64,000 nt of DNA, from the NCBI RefSeq assembly GCF_000281045.1, contig NW_008246077.1:447129-511128 (forward strand), in the 5' to 3' direction. The notes under the pieces are model-generated. The model made no database searches and was not told where the DNA came from. It saw only the letters and a program-made list of their open reading frames with translations. A program made the translations under genes and the position numbers. This DNA comes from Saprolegnia diclina VS20 (lineage: Eukaryota). Of the stretch, positions 44,226 to 53,364 are shown piece after piece. How positions within the stretch are numbered: the stretch's first letter is position 1; every line of letters starts with the position of its first letter.

Positions 44226-46529
44226 ATGGCGCTGGAACTCGTGCTCGGCGCGTTCAACGAGCGTGCGCTCAAGTGCGTGATCGCGCTCAAGGAGACGGCG
44301 ACGGCCTTCGAACTCCGGAAGGCGCCGACGCCGTCCACGACGCCCAAGCTCGTGACGCCCGAAGGCCGCACGATCAACACGGCCAACAGCATCTGCCGGT
44401 ACATCTCGGCATCGTCGGGCCGCCTCGCTTTTGACGACCTCGCGGTCGACGACTACGTCGAGTGGGAAGAACGCGTGCTCCGTGTGGCCGCAGCGGGCAG
44501 TGACAAGGCGGCGCTCGCGGCCTTGATTGAGGCCAAGATCCAAACGGCGACGTTCCTCGTCGGGTCGGCCATCACGCTCGCCGACATTGTCGTCGCGCCC
44601 GTCTTGCGCAAGGCGCTCGAGGTGCTCCCGGCGGCCACGTACCCGCTCCCGACTGCGCGCGCGTACGTGGCGGCCTTTTTCGCCCTTGCGTCGGCAGCGG
44701 CCGCCGACATCTTTGTCGCCAACGGCGGCCAGGCGCCGCGCAAGACGGTGCCGTTGACGCCGGCCATGGCGTCGGGCACGACGTTCGACCACCTCCTCGG
44801 CATCGTCGAGAGCCTCTTTGAAGACGCGATCCGCGCCGCCTATCCCGGCGTGCTCTCGGAGCATTCGATCATGCTCGACGTGGCCCGCACCAAGACGACC
44901 AAGTACGGCGATTACCAGTGCAACAACGCGATGAACATCTTTACGGCGCTCAAGGGCACGCCGGGCGCTCCTGCCAGCCCGCGGGACGTGGCGAACGCGA
45001 TCCTCGCGGCCATGCCGGTCAACCCGGTGCTCGAGAAGCTCTCGGTCGCCGGCCCTGGCTTTATCAACGCGTTCCTTCGCCAGGACTTTATCGGGTCGCG
45101 TCTCTCGATGCTTCTGACGCAGGGCGTGCGTGCAAGCCCGGGCAAGAAGCTCAAGATCGTGGTCGACTTTTCGTCGCCCAACATTGCCAAGGACATGCAC
45201 GTCGGCCACCTTCGGTCGACGATCATCGGTGACGCCATGTGCCGCATCCTCGAGTTCCAGGGCCACGAAGTGCTCCGCATCAACCACGTCGGCGACTGGG
45301 GCACCCAGTTTGGCATGCTCATCTGCCACCTCATGGACGTCTTTCCCACATGGCAAGAAGAGATGCCCGACATTACGGACCTCACGCAGCTCTACAAGAA
45401 CGCCAAGCAGCGCTTCGACGACGACGAAGCCTTCCACAAGCGCTCGAAGGACCAGGTCGTGCTCCTCCAGTCGGGCGACGAGCAGTCGCGCAAGGTCTGG
45501 ACCACGCTCTGCGACATCTCGCGCCGCGAGTTCCAAAAGGTGTACGACCGCCTCGACGTGAGCTTGCACGAGATGGGCGAGTCGTTCTACAACCCAATCA
45601 TCCCGAACGTCATCAAGATGCTCGAAGACAAGAAGATTACCGAGGACAGCAACGGCGCCAAGGTCATCTTCACGTCCAAGTACAAGCAGCCGTTCATGCT
45701 CGTCAAGACGGACGGCTCGTACCTCTACGACACGACCGATATCGCTGCGCTCTGGTACCGCCTCCACGAGCAAAAGGCCGACTGGATCATCATTTACACG
45801 GACTACACGCAACAAGACCACTTTGGCCTTCTCTTTGAAGTCGGCGCCATGTCGGGCATTCTGGACCCGACCAAGCACCGTGTCAACCATGTGGGCTTTG
45901 GCACGGTCAACGACGAGACGGGCAAGCGCTTCAAGACGCGGTCGGGTGAGACTGTTCGCCTTGTCAACCTCCTCGACGAGAGCAAGACGCGCATGAAGGA
46001 GCAGCTCCTCGCGCGTATTGCGGCCGGCCAGACGTCGCTGCCGCCCTCCGAGGTCGACGCGGCCGCCGAGCGCATTGGCTACGGCGCGGTCAAGTACTTT
46101 GACTTGAGCCAGAGCCCGACGACGTCGTATGAGTTTAGCTACGACAAGATGCTCTCGACGACGGGCAACACGGCGGTGTACCTCCTCTTTGCGTACGCGC
46201 GCCTCTCGTCAATCGTGCGCAAGAGCGGCGTCGACGTGGCGGCGTTGAGCCCGAGCATCCTCACGCTCCAGGACGCCCACGAGAGTGCACTGGCCATCGA
46301 GCTGCTGCAGTTTCAAGACGTGGTCACGCAGATCAACAAGGACCTCGGCTCGAACCGCCTCTGCACGTACCTCTACAACGTTGCCGAGAAGGTCCAGCTC
46401 TTTGTCACCAAGTGCCGCGTGCTCGGCGTGCCGGAGCAAAACTCGCGCCTCCTCCTCTGCACAGCGACGCTCAAGGTCATGCAAACGTGCTTCCAGATGC
46501 TCGGCATTGAGCCCCTCGACCAGATCTAA
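44226..46529 (+). CDS. RARS1: Cytosolic arginyl-tRNA synthetase with N-terminal GST-like extension
   Basis: YGDYQCNNAM, VAGPGFIN, VVDFSSPNIAKDMHVGHLRSTIIG (HIGH), NHVGDWGTQFG, FKTRSG, GNTAVYLLFAYAR, DALR-type C-terminus. Confidence 0.96.
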   Translation: MALELVLGAFNERALKCVIALKETATAFELRKAPTPSTTPKLVTPEGRTINTANSICRYISASSGRLAFDDLAVDDYVEWEERVLRVAAAGSDKAALAALIEAKIQTATFLVGSAITLADIVVAPVLRKALEVLPAATYPLPTARAYVAAFFALASAAAADIFVANGGQAPRKTVPLTPAMASGTTFDHLLGIVESLFEDAIRAAYPGVLSEHSIMLDVARTKTTKYGDYQCNNAMNIFTALKGTPGAPASPRDVANAILAAMPVNPVLEKLSVAGPGFINAFLRQDFIGSRLSMLLTQGVRASPGKKLKIVVDFSSPNIAKDMHVGHLRSTIIGDAMCRILEFQGHEVLRINHVGDWGTQFGMLICHLMDVFPTWQEEMPDITDLTQLYKNAKQRFDDDEAFHKRSKDQVVLLQSGDEQSRKVWTTLCDISRREFQKVYDRLDVSLHEMGESFYNPIIPNVIKMLEDKKITEDSNGAKVIFTSKYKQPFMLVKTDGSYLYDTTDIAALWYRLHEQKADWIIIYTDYTQQDHFGLLFEVGAMSGILDPTKHRVNHVGFGTVNDETGKRFKTRSGETVRLVNLLDESKTRMKEQLLARIAAGQTSLPPSEVDAAAERIGYGAVKYFDLSQSPTTSYEFSYDKMLSTTGNTAVYLLFAYARLSSIVRKSGVDVAALSPSILTLQDAHESALAIELLQFQDVVTQINKDLGSNRLCTYLYNVAEKVQLFVTKCRVLGVPEQNSRLLLCTATLKVMQTCFQMLGIEPLDQI

Positions 46530-47243
46530 ATCGAAATGCAACGTATTGATGGCAGTCGTCGACGGAGTGTATCACTGCCCACTGGACACGGCGTCTCGGC
46601 TGCCTAGCGACAGAGACGTGCGCGCCAAAGAGTGTGCCATCGGGTTCAGCGCTAGGCTGGCCCCATCCTGGCGCATTCTCGATCGACGACTTTTGCGAGA
46701 AGGTAACAATGCCATCAAGGACAGATGGAGTGGTCAGCAGGATCCGTCACGATGGCGCGCGTCGAGCACCCTAAACACATTGGCGCGCATGACGCAGTTC
46801 GCACGGGGCGAGTGCTCGGGAGCTGGTGGCGAGGTGGCACGGGATGCATTGAAGTATACCATTCGAGCGATTCGGTGCAGAATTTGGTGCCAGCTTGAAA
46901 GATTACGTCGACGGATCGATGGACGGCGATGGCAGCTTGACGTGGTCGTGGAGTGGCCTCCATGGCAAGTGTCGTCGGTCGCTGACGAACGACGGGGTTG
47001 AAATTTTTGTCCCTACAGTTAGGGCTAGGGTGCACCCGCCCTGATCGCTGTCTTGATCCACAGCCCTTTCTGGCGATCTCTCTGGGGCTCGGACGATGCT
47101 CCGTGTGCCATCATAGCCAGCTGGGTGTCGACGTGCTGCGAACGAGCACGGCCCCATTGTCGCCTCGGAGTTGGGCACGATGCAATAGGAATAAGCAACG
47201 ATTGAAAATAAGATTAACGGGAAGATGGCGCAATGCAGGTATC

Positions 47244-47725
47244 TCACGCGAGATCCCAGTGCGGCGACGCGAGCGTCGTGCTCGTAAAGCTGTCGAGGAG
47301 CTTGCGGTCGACCGAGAGGCGTCGGCGCTTGAGCACCGCGAGCGTCGCATCGATCTGAATGCCCCACTGCAGCGCTTCGTTGGCGACGAGCTGCGAGAGG
47401 AACTGGTTGAGCATCAACTTGCGCTCGGCTATCGTGTCGGTCGAGAGGTTGCAGAGCCATCGACGCTTCGGGAGGCTCGGCAGACGCCCGCTGCTCGTGC
47501 GCTTGAGGCCATGGCGCAAAATCCTAGAGAGCGTCAGCGACGTGGTTGAAACACATGAAACGCGCACCGAAACTCGCGGAAGCGCTTCCAGCACACGACG
47601 AGGCCCTTGGGCGTAGTGATCTCAATCTCATACTCGACAAACGGGCTCTTCTCGGTCGCCAAGACCATGGTCCGGTGGCCGACGATGCGCGCCGCCACAA
47701 TCTCGAGCTCGAGGGCCAATTGCAT
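47244..47725 (-). CDS. Small PX (phox homology) domain protein, 2 exons
   Basis: FVEYEIEI..WKRFREFR, intron GTGCGC..CTCTAG, then ILRHGL..LPSLPKRRW..IAERKLMLNQFL. Confidence 0.8.
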
Positions 47726-48360
47726 CTTCTTAATGCTCTTGATGAACGCGAGCAGCGAGAATGCAGAATGAAGTCGCGGCGGTTGGGGCAACAACCAAGT
47801 CCCTTTCTACAACCGAAGCCTGTGATATGCTGCTGGCCTCTTCTCCGGTCTGTACTGCCACAATGCATAGGCGTGCATAATGCATGTACCAACATATACG
47901 ATTCAATATCTCTTCTGTTTGTGAAAACCTCTCATCTTCGATAGCCTGCCAAAACCCGATGTGGTCGGTAGGGTTGCCCTGCGACTTGCCTTACTCTAGT
48001 ACGCTTCCACATGCTCGGATAACGCAGTCGGGTCGGCCGTCGAGATGGGTGCTCAATTAGCCGATTGGCCCAATAGCGCGTGTCCACGGCGCCAATTCTG
48101 GCATTGTGGGCGCCGGAGCGCGATCTGCTGCGTGCCTGCGTGTGCTTGCGTCGATGCCAGTTGCCAGATCCAGAGTTGGGTTCTTCCACCTGCGACAGGC
48201 CGATCCAGATCGGTCCAGAACGCATACTGTATGTGGTTCTACAGGTTGCTCTCGCGCCTTCGATTGGCTGAAATAGGGGACGATACGCCTCTCGCATTGG
48301 CTGAAAAAGAATGAAATCCAGCGCCACGATTGGTGCCACTCGAGCCACGGTCAACGCACG

Positions 48361-50231
48361 ATGGACAAGCCGACCGTCGACGTCGCGGCCTTGAAGGGCA
48401 AGAAGTGGCTGTACGTGGATGGCCAAGGCGCGCAGAAGGGTCCGCTGGACGAGCAGGTGCTCAAGCGGCTGCTCCGGCGCGGCCTCGTGACCGGCGACAA
48501 CTACGTCTGGTCGCCCGAGCTGGCCGAGCTCCTGCCGACGTGGCAGCTGGCCAAAGAGACGCTCGTCTTTGGCACGACGTGCGTGCTATGGCAGACGCTG
48601 CCGCAGTGGTACTATTATGACCAGGCCAAGCAGCAGAAAGGGCCCGTGACGACTACGGATCTCTCGACGCTCTTTCTGGACGGCGACATTGACGGCCTCA
48701 CGCTTGTGTGGAGCAGCGCGCAGCTCGTATCGGCGTGGACGCCGATGGGTCAAGTCGACGTGCTCAAGGAGGTACTCCAAGAGATCAACGACGAAGTCGA
48801 GCGGAAAGAAGCGCTCTTGGCGACCGAGAAGAAGCTCGACCCGTCGTCGCTCGTCATGGACAGCAGCGCAAGCGCGCGCACGTCGTTCCTTGCCGACGAC
48901 GGCAAAGAGTTCATCTACGACAGCGAAATGCGCAAGTGGCTCACGCCCGAAGAGAAGATCGAGGAGGAGCTTGCGATGCTCCGCGACGAAGTCGACGACG
49001 TCAAGGCATCCAACGACATGTTTGACGACGAAAAGCCGGTCGTTTCCTCCACAGCACCCGCGCCAGCGACCGACGACGCAGCGGCCACCAAGAAGCGCAA
49101 GAAGAAGACCAAGTCCAAGAAGAACAAGTGGGTCGCATCCAAGCAAAAGACGTGGATCTACATCAACGGCCTCCCCCTCGATGCCACAATCCAAGAAGTC
49201 CACGACCACTTTGCCAAGTGCGGTGTCATCCAGCGCGACCTCGAGACGGACGAGCCCAAGATCAAGTTGTACCGCAACAAGGACTCGGGCGCCTTGAACG
49301 TACGTGCTGTTCACCTCTCGCACCCCTCACGCAGGCTCGTAGGGCGACGCATCGGTGTGCTTTATGAAGGAACCGTCGGTCGAACTCGCGATCCAGCTCC
49401 TCGATAAAGTCGACTTGCGGCCCAAGTACGTCCTCGTCTTGGCGCTTGGGTGGTATGCACTGACAATGTGTAGCTGGCCGCTAGACGTCAAGGTGGCCGA
49501 GTTTGCGCAAAAAGGCGATGCGTTCGTACCACGCAAGAAGGCCAAGCTCGACAGCCGCGCCAAAGTCAAGAAATTTCAAATGGAGCAAGCCCTCTCGTGG
49601 GGCGCGGCCGACGAAGACGAAGGCCTCCGCATCGTCGTGCTCAAGCACATGTTTACGCCGGCTGACTTTGACGGTCTGTACCTTCTTTGGCTTGAACTAA
49701 TGTCTGATATATTGGCATGTAGATGTCGAGGCTGGGAACGAGCTCAAGGACGACATCAAGGCCGAGTGCGAGACCCTTGGCGACGTGACCAAAATCACCT
49801 TTTTCGACAAGCACCCGCTCGGCGTCGTGCAGGTCAAGTACGCACTGCCCGAGAGCGCGCAGTCGTGCGTTGAGCGCATGCACGGCCGCTTCTTTAGCGG
49901 CCGAAAAATCGAGTGTGCGTACTGGGATGGCACCAACTACACGGTGCGCGAGTCCAAGGACGAAGAGATCAAGCGCACCGAAGAGTTTGGCGCGTGGCTC
50001 GAAGAAGGGTCGAGCACCGACGACGACGACGACAACGAAGGGTCCGACGACGACGCGCCGCCGCCCGCACGACCGCACGCCGGTCGCGTGTTGCCCGACT
50101 CGGACGACGAAGATGATGATGCAATGCCCATGCACGGTGGTCGCGTCTTGCCGCCGATGGAGGACGAGGACGAAGAAGACGCCATGCCCATGCATGCCGG
50201 CCGCGTGCTTCCCCCGATGGACGATGACTAA
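48361..50231 (+). CDS. HTATSF1: Tat-SF1/Cus2-like U2 snRNP-associated factor with two N-terminal GYF_2-like domains, multi-exon
   Basis: WLYVD..QKGPL..YVWS and WYYYD..QKGPV..LVWS (GYF_2-like); WIYINGLPLDAT..FAKCGVI..PKIKLY (RRM); IVVLKHMF..HPLGVVQV..MHGRFFSGR..WDG (UHM). Confidence 0.88.
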
Positions 50232-50292
50232 CACGACCTCGAGTTTGTGTGCCTGCATGTCCCGGGCTGTCATTCTAGTTTGGGCGCCAAGA

Positions 50293-50372
50293 GTTTGTCG
50301 TCGTTGCCCTGTTTGTCGTCGTTGCCCTGTTTGTCGTCGTTGCCCTGTTTGTCGTCGTTGCCCTGTTTGTCG
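50293..50372. repeat. 18-bp perfect minisatellite, about 4.4 copies
   Basis: Unit gtttgtcgtcgttgccct at 50293, 50311, 50329 and 50347, plus partial gtttgtcg. Confidence 0.97.
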
Positions 50373-50628
50373 CAACCTCCCGACCCGTGTTGATGCTTGA
50401 CATTCAGGCGCTGCCGGAAGGACTCTTGGTGTGAGGAGCAATGAAACACTGGGATACACCAGAGATCTAGGGCCCCGATCGCTGCTTTCCAGCCACGAGT
50501 TTTCATGTCCTGCATGGCGAAAGTATCAAGTTGATACTATTTCGGCAACAAGCTTTTGGAATAGCTTGACGGAGAAGTGTCACCGTGGGCAGAACGTTGA
50601 GAGTATGAACGGATGGTTGATTGAGTGG

Positions 50629-52431
50629 TTAGAGCACTTCGCGCTCGACGTGGCGACCGGAAAACTTGCATGGGCGCGACGAAATGTCGCGTTTCGCGCA
50701 GCACGACCACGAGTAGCCTTCGAGCGGGTACTGGCGCGGGAGGTACCGGCCGGGATGGTACACGCAGCTCTGCGCCGTGTTCTTCTCGAGGGTAAAGGTC
50801 TCGTGGCAGTTTTTGCAGACGCGCGGCTTCTTGAGCACGTCGATCTCTTCCTCGACTTCGCGCCGGAGTCTACATGCGATATATTTGTCATTTGGTGACT
50901 ACATTGGCATGTCGTACTTTTCTTTTTCCTCGCGCTTCCAGGATGCGTCGCTCTGGACCTTTTTAAGGTAATCGCCGTGGACGTCGAGGAGCTGGTGCTG
51001 CAAGCGAGCGTTCTCCGAGACCAAGTCTTCGATGCGCTTGGACGACGAGGCGTTCATTTCGCGGAGGCACTTGATCTCCGTGTCGTTCATGCTCAGCGCG
51101 TGCTCGCAGTCCTTTTCCTGCTTGTTGTGCTCGCTCGTGAGCCGACGGAGGTCCTTGTTGAGCGTTTGGAGGTCGACAATGTCCTTCTTGAGCACGGCCA
51201 CCTCGCTCTTGAGGTCCGCGTTGTCCGAACGAAGCTCCTAATGCACGCTTTGAGGTATGCAGTCGATGGTAGGTCGACCTCGAGCGTGCGTTCACGCGTC
51301 CGGAGCTTGTAGTGGAGCGTCTCGTTTTCCTTCTCGAGCTCCAGCGACCGCACCTTGGTCTTCTACACTCAACACCAAGTTCGATCCTCGACGCAATCAT
51401 GTGCGTAGCGCACCTCACTGAGCTCTCTACCCAAGCATCCACGTGAGTGGGATGTCACTTGACAGCAGAAGCGTACCGGTTGAGGTCGGCGACTTCGGCC
51501 ACGGAACGGATTTCTTTCTGAATGCGCGAGTTTTGGCTTCGCGTCGAGTCCCACGCCGTCTCGACCGACTAGCACACACGGTTGGCATTCGACGGCTACG
51601 AACTTGTCGAGGAAACCTCGAGCTTGAGGGTGAGGCGCTTGCACTCGTCCGACTTCTTCTCTGCGACCGCCTAGCACGAGTAAGAAATGCAAACATGAAG
51701 CGTGGCAATCGCACCTCGGCCGTGGTAAGGCGCGCCTTGAGGTCCTGGACCTGCGAGAAAAGGTCGGCTTTGCGGTTCTTGAGCTCGAGAATCTCAATGC
51801 GCATCCTGTATCTTGATGACCACGTGCACCATGGAGCCACGACAACATACATTTGAAGTCGGCTCTCGTTCGTTGAGAGCTTGAACTTGGAGTCGTCCAG
51901 GTTCTTGAGCAAGAGGTTGGACGACTACAGTACATGCGGTCCGTTCTGCCATGCGCCTACCATGTCAAGGGAGTACCGATGCATCGAGTTTGGTCGTCGT
52001 GAGCTCCGCCTTGAGGCGCTTGTTTTCCTTTTCGAGAAAGCAAATTTGCTCAACCGCCTAATCATACTCGATGAGCCTATGTACATGCACATGGAGTCGG
52101 CGTACCTCTTCCAGCTTTTCGCGGTACTGGCGCAACGACGACGAGAGCTCAATCCGCTCCTTCTCGTCGAGGCTACACGTAGGATCATAAGGCTATCCTG
52201 CGACGCATGTAGAACGCACCGCCGGGACGAGCTGGAGCTGGCCACAATGTCGTCCGAGATCTCCTTGTAGCGCTCGAGCTCGCGCAGCTTGGCGACCGTC
52301 TTGGCGTTGGAGACGCGCAGGTCGTGGTACTCGGTCAGGAGGCTCTGGTACTTGTCCTCGGAGCTCTTGGTCTTCTTCTTCAGGAGCTCTTCCTCGATGC
52401 TCCACGCCTTCTTGGGCCACACGACGCTCAT
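50629..52431 (-). CDS. Coiled-coil protein with C-terminal CHORD/Btk-like Cys/His zinc motif, many short exons
   Basis: Start MSVVWPKKAWSIEEELLKKK; heptad-rich exons; last exon CKNCHETF..NTAQSCVYHPG..WSCC..PCKFSGRH. Confidence 0.7.
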
Positions 52432-53364
52432 CTTGCTGCTGCCTGTCTCCTCCTAGATGGCCAAAAAGCACTGCGGTCATTTCCGCGTTGCTTGCGTCTA
52501 TTTTTAGAAATTGTATTTTTAAAAATTCAACAATGACGTGGCAAACAAGATGGCGTCCAAACCGCTCAAAGCTATTTCCAGCGCTCACAAAGGTGCAATT
52601 GCCGTAAGCCAAGAGCCCTGAAGCTGCCCTTACACGTTCAGAGCCATAGGAGCCATTGTACCTATGTGGTGGAACATCTCTGCACACGGGACCCATCCAG
52701 GGAGGCCGTTTGTTGCAGAACCCTTTGTTGTCGGCTGGTCTCTGGTCCTCATCAACGCCAAGAGAACAAAGCCAGTACCTTTGGAGTCTTCCTGCTGTCG
52801 ACGATACGTACAGGATAAATGTCGAGCTGTTCACAAGTGATGACGGTGTCTGCCATCCCCACGAGATCGCCATGTCAACCCGGCACATTCTCGAGGTCCT
52901 TGAGGCTTGCAAATATTCCGAGCTGTCGTCATCGTAAGGGCTCGTTGCCATGAACATGGAATGGATCGTCGAGGGTCATTCGTCGAGGGTGGGACACGGG
53001 TGTATCGTCACGACCTGGTACACTGGCAGGCGCCGGAAATTGTTGTCGGACCTGGGATTAGTGGCGGGCAGCTACCGGTACACTCGCCGCTCCGATCGAG
53101 TGCAAAGGTGCAAAGCTCGCCGACAGGCGGCACACGATCGTGGCAGTCTCGAGTCGCGTTAGTTGTCGTGCCCGCGCAGTATAGTCGAAGCGTGAGTTGC
53201 TCGTTGAGCTCACGTTGAGGCGGGAGAGCCACGGTGAGCGTATCCGGATGCGATGCGCGCATCGTGCATACTCAACCCGAGTTTTGTGCAAGCGTGCGAA
53301 AAACTATCCAGTCTGTATCCGGACAAGAGACGCTCCAGGCCAGTACTGCGCAACTCGCCCCATC

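Noticed and set aside
43896..45890. 664-aa minus-strand ORF and other long antisense ORFs (e.g. 54067-55587, 41549-42970, 33399-34856, 19427-20674)
   Set aside because: Stop-poor shadows caused by strong GC3 bias of real genes on the opposite strand
50293..50372. Possible CRISPR-like array
   Set aside because: Head-to-tail repeat with no spacers, no cas genes, and a eukaryotic context
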